The position numbers and the translations under genes are program-made. Under the pieces are notes generated by a model, which saw nothing but the letters and a program-made list of their open reading frames with translations, did no database searches and was not told the DNA's origin. A DNA stretch of 64,000 bases from NCBI RefSeq assembly GCF_009834535.1, contig NC_045697.1, positions 65,102,001 to 65,166,000 on the forward strand. Direction: 5' to 3'. Of this stretch, positions 40,030 through 52,501 are shown one piece after another (position 1 is the first letter of the stretch; every line of letters begins with the position of its first letter). The stretch is from Camelus ferus. Its lineage: Eukaryota.

Positions 40030-40172
40030 CAGCATGTGCTGGAGCCAGTGGCTCACACAGGCTCAGGAGTGCATTTCCCCTGACTCTTCTTTGCGTGACG
40101 TCACACTGACAGCCGGCCATGGTGGTAGTATTTACACCACAGAAATTAGCAAATGCTGCAGACAACTTTTTT
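40030..40172 (+). mobile_element. MER63-like hAT DNA transposon
   Basis: tgtgctggagccagtggctcacacaggctc, gtgacgtcacac, ggccatggtggtagtatttacaccacagaaattagcaaatgct. Confidence 0.8.
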
Positions 40173-41260
40173 TCCATCATTACTGACCCTGGAGGAATGG
40201 CCCTTTTTCCTTCCCCATAGGTTCCTTGTGGGAATTGCAGCCAAGTGTAGCATCTCAACACTTAGGTCTGGGAACCTCCTCTATGGACCAGAGAGCTTTT
40301 ATTCCTCCCAATGTCAGCAAATTCCTCATTTATCAATGGATGTGAGACTGTTGACTCAGTTTTGCTCATAGGGAGAGGGATCTCTTCCTCTCTATTACTC
40401 TCCCTTTTCTACCTCTCCCCTTTCTTATGTGCATATGCAAAGTGTGTGAGTCTGGGTAGTGAACAATTCAAGCATTTCTCCCATCTGTTACATTTCTTGG
40501 TTTTGAAAGACTTGATGGTCCACTGACCATTGATGTTATCTATAATGACAACTGTCATTATTTTGAAAAAGTTTATCCTATTAAAAATGTAGTAACATAC
40601 GACTTTGTCATTAAGAAACTTTAATATTACTTCAGTTTTTGCTATTAAAGAACTATTCATTTATTGCTTTCATATAATATATCGTGTCATAGTATCATAG
40701 GAGGCCGTGAAACTTAAGTCTGAGTCTGGGTCTGGCGCCTGTGGAAGCAAGTTAACTTTACATTGCAGCCTACATTTACACTGCATTGTACGTTCTCCAA
40801 CTTGTCTGGAGATTGATGAGGTAAAGGTCCTCATCCCACAAGTTGGAGATGGGGAATGAGAAGTCAGAAAGTCCCAAACTCTTCTAGATCACTCAGATTC
40901 CATCTAGTAAATTACTTTTCTCTGAGGTATTTTCAAGGTCCGAAATGATAATGTACTTATAAGAAGTCATTACGACTTTTGTGCACCTGTCAGAGTAGGT
41001 CTAATGTCTTGTAGCCAATATGAAAGTCTAAATGCATCACTCTATGTGTCAGACTGGCAGCAAATGCATTCTCCTCCAATTGACCATTTCTGTTCCTTTC
41101 TCTCACATTCTTATCAGGTGGACAGTTGGTGAACAGGTTTTATTTTGTAAGATATTACATGATATCTTATAGAGAATTATCTTATAACAGATGTGACTGT
41201 TTAAAGGAGAGCCATGCTGCTAAAATTCTGAAAGCTTTGGAAAAGGCTTATCCATCATAC

Positions 41261-41760
41261 CTGAGCTATGTAGTACTATCTTGGTAATTACAAACTAGCC
41301 CCATTGTGTTCGATATCCTCTCTCTTTGAAATGATATTTCTATATTCTTTTTAGGCACTATGCCTCTTAATAGTGGGACGTATTATATGTCACAGCAGGA
41401 GTTGTGTGACAACATTTAGATTTAACAGTTATTACGACAAAACCATCGTGTATCAATGCACTAAACAGCTCCTGTGTTAGGAAGCATTATCCCGCCAATG
41501 AGAGGGGTTTAAGATTAGCTCGTAATTTGTTAGCTGAAAGTTTGGCATGGTCGAAAAGTAAAATACAGGGGTCCAAAGACCTGGGCCCTGATCCTGAGGC
41601 TCTCCCTAAGCCCGTGTAATCCTGTGAGAAAATTACTTGTGTTGGGGGATAGAAGGGCGCTTCCCAGTGAGATCAGGAACCTAGTGTAGAAATCCTTAAA
41701 ACTGTAAATTATTCGCTCATAAAAAGCAAGGAGACACATTATTTTATTCCGATACTGTTG
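41261..41760 (-). promoter_or_regulatory. Candidate promoter and first exon (CpG-enriched; CCAAT, X-box-like and MYB-like motifs; donor at 41261)
   Basis: 11 CpGs counted in 41311-41751 against a CpG-poor background. CCAAT at 41495-41499, GTTGTGTGACAAC at 41401-41413, CAGTTA at 41426-41431. Minus-strand CAG|gtatga donor. Confidence 0.4.
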
Positions 41761-42987
41761 GGGAGAAACAGCTTTAAGGAAGAAGTTGTTATATGTAGCA
41801 CATTTTTAACCTCAGGTTGCTGAAGGAAGTTGGAGAGATTAGGAATTGTGGCTCAGCTGTCAGAATGAAGGCAGTGGTCAGGCCTCTTTAGTGCAGGCCT
41901 GATGGTTTGGGGAAACAGTGAGCAAATTATTTTGTCCCTCTGGCTGTCAGTTTCTTTTCCTATAAAATTACGGATTTGAAATAATCTTGCAGGCTCCAGA
42001 GTCAAAAGACCTGCATTGAAATTTCAGGCACTTACTAGTTGTGTGATATTAGCACAGCAGTTAAGACTGTTTCTGTTGAAAAATAACAAGAAATCTATCT
42101 CTCACTGGCCAAAAACAAACAAAAAACAGCAAAAGGACAAGATAAAGGAATTTATTTATTGCGCACATATTATGAACTCCAGGAAAAACTTGTAAAACCC
42201 TATCACTAGACCTCCCTTTGTTTTTCCTGGTGGATACTAGCAGCTGTGGCTTTACTGTCCCTTGAGTTCATATACTTTGAAGAATTAGACCAACTTGAAC
42301 CACATACTCCCCTGAATCAACCCCTATGGTTAGGTGGATTCTCTGGGCTGACAGATCATACTCTAGCCTAGCATTCCAGCCCTTGCTCCCTTGAAATTAA
42401 GGGATTTGGGCAACAATTGAAATTACTTTTTAATTTCCTGTAATGAAATCAATTATTTAGAATGATACATTGCATTAAAAACATTTGTTTGTTATGATTA
42501 CAATCATGCCTTGATTTTCTCTCATTGGCAAACAATATAACTTAGTTATATTTTGAACTGTTTTCATCCATTATAAGGGAAAAAAAGTCATATTCCCTGC
42601 ATCACAGTGAAGTAAAAAGTCTGAACTTTTTTTTTTCTTTCTGTATTTCCCTTGCTTTTCAAATTAAAGCATGAGTGCTTTGAAATTTAATTGAGACCAT
42701 TGGGACCAGAGGGTCCTTGCATTAAGAAAGTTAGGTTTCCACATGTGTACAGTTTCAGTTAATTGTAGTGTTGTATGAAATATGTATGATGAAGAGAGAA
42801 TTTTAATTTTCTTTGGCATATTTCTAGTGTACATTTTCAGTACCATTGTTCAAATAAGTTGAAATTATTTAGTGAATTATTTATATATATTTTTGAGAGA
42901 GGGGAGCATCCATAGGTTTTATTAGACTGTCAAAGGCATCCTATATTCAACAATGAATGAAATTATTAATAATCAATGTATGAGATG

Positions 42988-43278
42988 ATTTTTTCCAACT
43001 TACTGAAGTATAACTGACAAATAAAATTGTAAGATATTTAAAGTGTACATCACAATGATTTGATATATGTATACAGTGTGAAAGCTTTCCTTTCATCTAG
43101 TTAACACATCCATCACTTCAGACATTCATCTTTATTTGTGTGTGTGAGAACATTTAAGTTCCATTCTCTTAGCAAATACAGTCAGCTATAGTCAACATGT
43201 TAAACATGAGAGCCTCAGATCTTACTCATCTTATAATTGAAAGTTTGTATACTTTAACTCTATTTCCCTCACTCCCCA
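42988..43278 (-). mobile_element. L1MA9-like 3' end
   Basis: actgaagtataactgacaaataaaattgtaagatatttaaagtgtaca...cttactcatcttataattgaaagtttgta. Confidence 0.85.
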
Positions 43279-44039
43279 TTTCTTTTTCTTCTAACAACTT
43301 AGGAGCTTGCCTTAGAAAATAATGGCATTGCATTTATATTAAAAATGAATGTCTTGTAAAAAAATAGCTGAAATATTATTTTACATAAGTTTTAATCACA
43401 CTCAATCATTTTATGGTAGAGCAGTGCCTAGATTTAAAATTTCCCTCCTAGAATTTACTTTTTAGACTCACAGACTCAGATATGGTAATTGATAATTAGA
43501 AAATTACAACATAGCTTGATGACTTTATTTCTAATGTTTTTTGTGACAAGATACTTGACTTGTCATTATTTTATTGGGTTATTAATGCTTGCTCAAAATT
43601 CTGGTGTCTTTTTAATGTATTTTTCCCATAGGAAATGAAAGCTCATTATAAAAAAATTTAATATATAGAAAAGTAAAAAAGAAGAAAAACGACTTCCTTA
43701 TTTTTTGCATAGTCTCTTTCAAAGTTTGCATACATTACATTTATGTGTATTTCTATGCAATAAAAACATATGTGATACTTTAATTGTACCATGTTTAGAA
43801 CATTGTCTTCATTTATTAATTAATTTATCAAGCATTTGTCAAATTCCTACAAAGAAGTGTGACCAAAAATCCCAGTTTGCCTTCCTACCTTTATCAATGG
43901 AAGTCTCATATTCTGGGAAATCTGACTGTCCCTGTCAAACTGGGATGGTTACTCTACTACAGAGATGGAGGTGAGTAACAATAGACTGAAGTAACATTGA
44001 GTTCAGTGTGGGAGTGATAGGATATATTCTAAAGCTGCC

Positions 44040-44380
44040 ATATCTTCAACTTTTCATTTATTATTTTTCATGTTACTGCATAATTTTTCAGTTGTGCTTT
44101 CATAACAATAAACTTCTGTAGAATGAATATAAAATAAGTTTATAAATCTGTTCCTTTAGCTTAGACTTTGAATCATTTCTCAGTTTTGCTATTGTAGACA
44201 ATACTGATTTGAACATCTCTGATTAAAACCTTTTTGATGTTTATGATAATATATTCAAGATAGAGTCATAAGATACAGAATTGCTGAGGTGAAGAGTATA
44301 AGCTTGTTAGGTCTCTGATACATGCCACTGAGTTGTTCTCCAAAAATCTTTAAACACTTTATATTTCCATTTATTTTTCT
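44040..44380 (-). mobile_element. Old L1 (L1ME-like) fragment
   Basis: tttctcagttttgctattgtagacaatactg, gaattgctgaggtgaagagtat, tttatatttcca. Confidence 0.6.
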
Positions 44381-46009
44381 CAGCTAAAAACTGAATTTAT
44401 TAATCTGGAATAGTTTTCTTATATTTTATTGTTCAAACAGTATTCGCTCAGGTTTTCTGAATTATAACTCTAAAGGACAATAAAAGTAAATATGCTTACA
44501 TTGCCATATGAGAGTTTTAGTTAAATGTAATAATCTTATTAGACTCCTATTGGAACCCAAAATCTTTATCTTTTTAGGGCTCTCAATATGGATTTCTATT
44601 TGGGATTTTAACAGGTAGTTGTATTATAAAAATTCTCAAAGTTAGAGTGGTTAATAACTCTAGTAAGTTTAGAGACTCTTTACTTTAGGAAATGATACAC
44701 AGATGAGTGAGAATAGTAACTTGTTTCCTTTGTGACTGGAGGGTCTGTTAGTAAAGGTCTTGAATCCATCTTCACATAAGAACTCTTTTTTTAAAAGAAA
44801 TCTGATACCAGATTTTCAAATAGTTTAAAACTTGGTTGAGAGTTATTTAATACTATGAGTTGAGCTGTAGAATGAGTATTCTGATAGAACTTTCATTTCC
44901 CAGGAGAGAGAAGACTCTAACTTAAAAAAAAAAAATGTAGTCTAATTAGCTCTGATGTGATCAAATACAGGTATTACCCTATGGCTTAAAGTAGCTTAGT
45001 AACTTAGAAAAAAAATTAATTATTCAGATGTTCTTTAACACAGTTCTTTTAGCACAGAAGAATAAACTTTTAACTATACTATAGATAAAATTTAATATTT
45101 AGATTTATTAGCAATTTACCTATAATAATCTCCTATATATATATTTGTTTCATAGTTCATTAAACCATAATAAATATACCAACTGGTTTTTAATTTTCAT
45201 CAGTTAAATATTCAGTTAAATTTGAAAATGGAAGACTAAAATAGTTTTACTAATAATTAAACACTTAGCACAAGATGAAAACATATTTGTTCTGGTTTAG
45301 TAATGTTATGCTAGCAAGTATACGTTTAATACCACATAACTATTACAGATTTTTGCCTCTGTATTCAACATACACTTTAATTTAAAATCGGTCATGAGAA
45401 TGTGAGGCCAGGTCAAAAGTTATATTAGGAAAAATTTTATGGGTAAATATACAAGTGTATTAATTGCTTTTTCTTTAAATAAAATAAAACCACAGTAAGC
45501 CTCGTTCTAACACAAGTTCTACTTTCTCATTAACAATTGATAGGACAAGCATGTGATAGAGCAGCAAGTGGAGGGGAACCAAAGGATGCAATAGAGCTAA
45601 AAAAATTTAGACTGAATTAATACATAAATTTAATTATCATACAGGAATCAGAGTTGCACTGTCTGCTAGAATGTAACATTTAAAAGAATAAATAGGATAT
45701 TAAATGCCTTTGCATAATAGTGAACATGTTAGTTGTTGAAATTGCACAGAAACATTAAAATGTTCCTGTATTTAATTGGTACTTTGAAAACTATATTTAT
45801 TAAGCATTTAAAGTATTTGTATAAGAACATCAAGTCTCCAAATGAATGAGTCATACTAAAGGATAGAGGAGAAAACTCTGAGAATCTACCATGTTTAATT
45901 GCATGCTATATCAGTAAATTTACATGGATAGTGAATGGTAGAACCTGTCTTTAAACTTATTCATTCCCAAATTCATAATTTCACCCATTAGATCATAGAA
46001 ATATTAATG

Positions 46010-46320
46010 GTAGACACTGGGGCAATTATTATTAGAGTGTTTCTAATTTTTTCCATTTTTCAAATAGTGCTCATTTGAAAATCTTTGCACACATGTTTTT
46101 GTGCAAGTATGTAATTAATTCTTTAGCATAGTTTTTAGGAAGTAAAATTAAGCGAGATGGATAACTTAACTTGATATATTCGGTACTGCCAAATTGTATT
46201 TTACACAGTCTTAGCAATTTTCAATACACAGTGTAGAAGACTGACTCTTTTCTTGAACCCTGCCACCAATGGAAATTATGATAGTTTTAGAATAATAGTT
46301 TCTAGTATATGTGAAAAATA
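46010..46320 (-). mobile_element. Old L1 (L1ME-like) fragment
   Basis: atctttgcacacatgtttttgtgca, tttttaggaagtaaaatt, tactgccaaattg. Confidence 0.55.
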
Positions 46321-46759
46321 ATACCTAATCCAAGAAGGTAATCTCATTGTTGAACATTTTAAGGAAAATTTTTTTAGTATACCAAAAAACCAGAAAATTT
46401 ATTTTTATTCCAGCAGGCCAAATTAAGGTTAACCATGGTGTTTCATAGTGATTTAATCAAAACTTGCTGTACTGAATTATTTAGAGACAAAGACCTTGTG
46501 TACAATAGCCCTCTAAAAATTGATATTAACATAGTTGATGGGGATCAATGATTTCATTCCAGCTATGATTTCTCTGTTTGTTTTAACTATCACTGACACT
46601 AAATATTTGCAGGGCTAACTCTTCTTGGGGTCATAAATTCCTAGAAATCAGAAAATAGCCTTTTTTTTTTTTTTCCATTTGCTAAGATTAAATGGTCAGA
46701 AGAGAAAATATCCCTTTAAGCAGATGGAGATAATTCAGGTTAATCTCTCCATTTCAAGC

Positions 46760-46868
46760 AGCTTAACTTAATCACATTTATAAAGTCCTTTTTGCCATAT
46801 AAGATAACATTCATAGATTTCAAGAAATAGAACCTAGATATCTTTGGGGGAAATTATTCAGCCTATCA
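46760..46868 (-). mobile_element. MLT1 LTR terminal fragment
   Basis: ttaacttaatcacatttataaagtccttttgccatataagataacattcatag...tctttgggggaaattattcagcctatca. Confidence 0.75.
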
Positions 46869-46962
46869 AAAAGATGCAAATCACCAGTCATTAGTATTAT
46901 TTATTGTATACTTTTATTCATTGTTATGATGCTCAACTGAAGTAGAGACTTTACAGGATGTT

Positions 46963-47095
46963 CTGTATCTTGTAATAGCCAATACTGAAAAAGAATATGA
47001 AAAGAAATATATATACATATACAACTGAATCACTATGCTGTATACCAGATATTAACATGTTATAAACCAACTATACTTCAGTTTAAAGAAAAAGA
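46963..47095 (+). mobile_element. Short L1 3'-end insertion (cetartiodactyl-like)
   Basis: tatcttgtaatagcc...gaaaaagaatatgaaaa...aactgaatcactatgctgtataccag...ctatacttca. Confidence 0.85.
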
Positions 47096-47684
47096 TAATT
47101 CTTTTGAGTAAAGCTTGTGAATTGCTTAATTGATTCATTACTGTTTTCAGCCATTTGTTCAGAGGGTTGTAGTCATCTGAACCTTTAGATTTTCTTTAAT
47201 GTAGTATGGTATTATATAACTGTATAGCAGTCTAGCACAGTTGGTCCCACTTACTTCTCTTTTTTGCCTACTTCTGTCTAAATTAAGGAATAAATAAAAC
47301 ATGATTAATCTCCATGGCTATGGTCCCAAAATTACTGAACTTTTTATCTGGGAAAAACTTGCATACATTTGTGAAATTGCTTCGTTTTCTAATCTCTTCT
47401 CACTATTTTGAGCAATCTTCGCCATGCTCTTCAACCTTCATGTATGGAAAAATAAAGCTGGACATGGTAATAGTGGTGCTGGGGGGGAAAAACTTGGGAA
47501 AAAATTTCTTTAAGAGTTAAAGATAAATAGCTGTGTCCTCTGAGAGCACTTATGGTAATATACATCAGTAAGGTAGTTTGGTATGTGTTATTTCCATAAC
47601 TTTTTTTAATCATAGACATTTTTATACTTGGAGCCTCAATTAACAGCTTCAGCAACTAGTGAACGAAGGAAATACTATACATTA

Positions 47685-48019
47685 AATATCCAGAGGCCTT
47701 TATTTACAATTGTGAAATCTGAAAAGCTCTAACAACTAAAAGATACTTCTTAACTCATTTGGAATCAAAACTAAGTGAGAATGATGTGGGAAATTTTTTT
47801 TTTGTTTTTATGTTTTTTATCATATATATTTGTAGCTATTGATATCTTTGCTACAGAAATATGAATGAGCTTGACTTGGGGGTGCTGCTACAGACCCTCT
47901 CGGTAGTATTATATAAAATATGGTATATGCATAATATTGCCTTTCTAAAACCCCAAATATTTGGAATTTTTAGGTATATCTATCACATCAGGGTTTGCTG
48001 ATAAAGGATTATAGACCTG
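47685..48019. mobile_element. Tigger-like (TcMar) non-autonomous DNA transposon
   Basis: Ends gataaaggattatagacctg|ta with a TA target, and has internal ggggtgctgc...agaccc. Subfamily uncertain. Confidence 0.55.
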
Positions 48020-48429
48020 TATTTTTAAAAAGCACTTGCATTCTTTCGCAGATGGCAAAAAAGTCTTTTTTTTTTTTCATTACGTTTCTGACCACAGATC
48101 TCCAGTGCATCCATATTCCTACCCAAGAATGCTACTATAGTACCTCAGTATTCTTTGTGTGGAAAAAGAAGCAGTGAGTAGAGGCCTGCCTCATTTCCCC
48201 ATCACTGACACTACTAACCTAGCTGCATGAGTACCCTGCACTCTGTTTAACCTATAAGGCAGAGCTTGAACTGTCTCCAAGCTTACTTAAGGCCACTATG
48301 TGATCTCGTATGCACACTGCTTCTGCAGTTCTGCCCTCAAAAGCAAATGTGTGAATGTGCACACAGTCATGAATCCTACAGTTCTTCTTTTCTATGTCCT
48401 ACTTCACAATGGAGGCAAACATGCTGTAC

Positions 48430-49420
48430 TGCCTCTTATATTGCACATAACACACTTACCTCTAAATACGATGCGCCCCTCCAGGGACAGCCCTTCCATC
48501 CTCTCCCCTTCAGAGTAAAACTCCCAAATAAGCTGTCCAAACTTATACTCTCTACTCCTCCATTTCCTTTCTTTTTCAACCTACTCCTGTCCACTGAAGT
48601 GTCTCTTACCATGGTTGCTAATAATTTCCGTTGTGACAATTCAGTGGTCAGTTCTTATCCCCATATTACATTATAATTTTACCCAGCCAACTTGTTACTC
48701 AGTTTTGAAAGTTTTTTTTTTTTACTTTGCTCCCAGCTTTAGTTTCTTTCTTTTTTCTGCATACCTCAAGGCTCTTTCACCTGTATCTCTTCCAGAACTC
48801 TAAATGGTCTAGTGGCCCACTGTTTAGTCTTGAGGACTTTGTCTGTTCTCGGCGTTAAGTGCATGTGATTCCATCTATTCCATAGCCTCCATATTTGTAT
48901 TTTTACAAATTGGTCAAATTTTCCCAATTTACCACAGTGTTGTGCTCCAGACTGACTTATCTGTTGTCCATCTCCAAAGGACTGTCTAAACAAGAATTCC
49001 AAACTTGATGTTTCCAAAACAAGAATTGTTGGTTTTTCTCTACAAATCTGTTCCTTTCCTACTTAAAAAAAAATTTTTAGCCTCAGTAAACCACATCTCA
49101 TTTATCAAAATGCTTAATCCATAAGCTTAAGGGTTATTCTGAAAGTTAATTTCTCTTATATTCTCCCTCACTGAATCAGTAAATGCTGCTGGTGCCACCT
49201 TCAAAATATTGTCTAATTCTCTCTCTCTTTTCACCATGATTCCTGCTACTGTCCTAGTACAGGTCCCTGTGATATTTCACTTAGATTACTCCAGTACCCC
49301 TATCTCCCTGCTTCCTATCTTTTGTCTTTTTACCAGCAGAAAACATGAACTTTTCAAAATGTAAATCAGTTCATACCTCTTTTCTCAAAACCCTCAAATA
49401 CCTTCTCATTGCATTCAGGT
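48430..49420 (+). mobile_element. L2 fragment (continues at about 49740-49940)
   Basis: ggtcagttcttatcc, gaattccaaacttgatgtttccaaaac, ttttcaaaatgtaaatcag, ctcaaaaccctc. Confidence 0.8.
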
Positions 49421-49424
49421 AAAA

Positions 49425-49735
49425 AGAAACTCAACAGAATTGAAAACAGGTATTAGAATAGGTGTACATGCATATTCATAGCTGCAGGATTCACAGTAAG
49501 CAAAAATGGAAGCAACTGATCCACCAACTGATGAATGACAAACACATCATGGTATATACATACAATGGAATATTATTCAATCATTAAAAAATGAAGTGCT
49601 GATTCATGTAGCAACATAAATTATTCTTGAAAACATCATGCCAAGTGAAGTACACCAGTCACAAAAGGCCACGTGTTTTATGATTCTCTTTGTATGAAAT
49701 ATCCACATTAGGTAAATCCATAGACACAGAAAAAG
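49425..49735 (+). mobile_element. L1MB-like ORF2-end/3' UTR fragment nested in the L2
   Basis: catacaatggaatattattcaatcattaaaaaatgaagtgctgattcatg...ccagtcacaaaaggccac...ggtaaatccatagacacagaaa. Confidence 0.88.
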
Positions 49736-49959
49736 AGGCACTAATTAGCTCTTCAACCTCGTCCCTACAACTCTCCATTTACATCACCTATTCTAGCCAC
49801 AGTGGTCCTGCTTATTTATAGTTTCTTAGCATATTCTCATTAAGCTCATTTGCGATTGCTTTTTTTCTCTGCTTGGATATCTCTTAAGTCAAATCCTGAA
49901 ATGGTTTATTCTTGTATCTTCTTAAAATATTACTTTCTCACCAAGTATCACCTTCACAG

Positions 49960-51950
49960 TAGCTCATGCAAAGTTTCCATAGGATAATAGTGACTTCCTA
50001 AGTCCAAATGTTCCCAAATATCTTCTAAAACCCATGTAGCTTGTAAGCATCATAACTATCCCCCAACACATACAAAATCTCTAGTATAACTAGCATACAG
50101 GAGATACAACAGTGTTGCAATTACCTGAGTGTAAGGATATAAACTCCTATAACACCAGAGCTGGCTCTGGAGCCCACACTGAATTAGGGAGACAGAGACT
50201 GAAATGAAAGAAAGGAAGTGGAGGCATAGTGGTAGCTGACCGCAGATAAAATAACTCCCACAAAGAGAGACATTGAAAACAGATCCAAGGAAATACTGAG
50301 AACAGGTCTAAGAACAGGCGAGGAGAAAGGAAGGTGCTTGAAATTATTGGGACTAAAGGTAACAATATTGAGATGATACTATTTCTGAGCAAGAATGGGC
50401 AAATCAGAAGAGTGGAATATCCCTTTGAGGCTCTGTAATTAATGGGAAAAAAAGGAATCAAATGGTTGAAATTTAAAAGCCCTACAGAAACAAAAGAGAA
50501 TCACTACCTAAGAGAACCCTATTGCATTAAGAAGAGATACCCTCAATAAATGAAGTTTCTTTTCACTTTAACCATATGACAGTGTCCATGAACATAGAAA
50601 TATTTGTGTAAAGTCAGTAAAATTATTTTTGGCCTTTTACCAGCTATTACTTATTTAGGAAAAAAAGTTATTTCAAAATGAACAGAAAATCTTTGACAAC
50701 ATTTATACAAATCTACTACAAAAAGAAAAGATACATGAGTATCAAAAAATTATAACTGAAAATTTCCCCCCACCATCTCACACACACAGACACACAAAAC
50801 GACCAAGAAACAGAAGAGAATTGAAACACAACACCCAAACCTAATTAAATATCTTTTAAAAAATCACTTGCAGATATGAAAAAATACATTTTGAATAAGT
50901 GACTCTAAAAAACAGAAATTGACAAAATATAAAAATATGTGAAATCAGAGTTGAATAGTTCTGAAATGAAAGAGAAGAAGAGAAAAAAAAAAAGGCCTCA
51001 GTAATAAAGATTAAACTGAAAGGTGCCTAAGGAGGAATAGATTCTCATGAATATTTTTATAAGTGGCATTGATGAAGAGAAAGCGTGGGGAGCAATGAAG
51101 GAGCTGAGGAAATGAAAACAAAATAAAGAACTAAAAAGAATCAGAGAAAAAATGATATAGTTATCTAAGAAGTTACAGATTTCTTAAAATTGGAATCCCT
51201 GATGAGGAAAACTCAGACATAGGAGTAGAAAAATAATTTTTTTAGGGCTGTAACTCAAGAAAGTTTTTCAGAAATAAAAGATCTTCAGTTACATATTAAA
51301 AGGGCATATCACATTAACTCTTAAGCACACCCTATAAAAATTTTTAGCCCTTATGGGTATTTTTTTTAAAAGTCCTCTGGGCTTCCAGAGAAAGAGATCA
51401 AGTTACTTCCCCTCAACCAAAAAAACCAAAACCAAAACCAAAAACAGAATCAGGTTGTCATCAGACACATTCACAACAATATTCAAAATAAGACAACAGG
51501 GGGACCCTGTTCTCCAAAAATACAAAGGGAAGACTATGTGAGCCAAGCTGTCTTTCAAGTATTAAACTTGAAAGAACTTGGAGAATACTACACTCACCAG
51601 AGGCTGAGCTGTTTCCACCTACGTGGTTATCAGGTAAGTTTTGACCAAAGGATTGATAGTAAACACTCAATATATTTAATTGTAGACATAAGACTAAAAC
51701 AGAGGTTTGAAAAGGGTAGAGTAATAGTATGTAAATATGGTCTAACAAATTAGTAATTTTGCCATTTCAAATAAATGGAGGATAAAGAAGAGAAAAATGG
51801 AGAAGAGGGTATTAATTTTCATGTAGGTGATAGATATGAGTCAAAGGATATCATTTAAAGCTTAATTAGTAGCCAAATAATGAAAAAATGGACCAAGAGC
51901 TTCTTTAAGGCTTAACCTCTATCTCTCCAGGAGCTCCAAATTTTCTAGGA
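49960..51950 (+). mobile_element. HAL1-like (ORF1-only LINE-1 derivative) or old L1 5'/ORF1 remnant
   Basis: A-rich body with ORF1-like remnant KNRIRLSSDTFTTIFKIRQQG (in 51353-51541). It is followed by aaaggattgatagtaaacactcaat...aagactaaaac rather than ORF2. Confidence 0.65.
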
Positions 51951-52427
51951 AAGGTAATACATATACATTCATGACTTCCGTTATAGCTAATCTCTGAAAA
52001 AGTTTTTTAAAGTAACATTAAAAAAAAAAAAGTATGTCTAGATGCTAGGAAGGAATTTCTACATAAAAATAATGAAAATTCTATTTTGAATTTAGAAATC
52101 TGTTAAAATCTGGGCAAGAAATCATACACTGTATTTATAAGTCTGCTGTTTGTTAGTTAAAATATACAGAAATATAAATATGTCTTTGCAAATGAAGTAG
52201 CAGCTTTTTGAAATATCCTTAGTTCAATTCTTATTCTATCTGGAAAAAGCCAAAATTTCTTTCTTTCCCTTCTTTCTTCTCTCCCTCATTCCCTCCCTTC
52301 CTTTGTTTCTTTTTCTTTCTTTCTTCTGAAAATGAATATATTTTTAAACTGTTCTCACAGATTATATGTGTGGGTATGTTTTATTTTATTTTATTTTTCT
52401 GTTTTTGTTCTTGTTTGTGTGTTTTAG

Positions 52428-52501
52428 TGGTGGTGATCATGGCAGCCGTGGTGTTGATATTTCATTTAAATCTTCTACTTCCAAATGTATTTTGAAACAT
52501 G
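52428..52501 (+). other. Candidate 74-nt exon
   Basis: Long T-rich, AG-free tract (52361-52425), then ttttag|TGGTGG...CATG|gtgtgt. Confidence 0.3.

Noticed and set aside
39887..40371. 124-aa minus ORF and overlapping plus ORF
   Set aside because: They run through a MER63-like transposon remnant, with no splice or codon evidence.
48266..48803. 136-aa ORF and neighbours
   Set aside because: They largely overlap an L2 fragment and have no recognisable domain.
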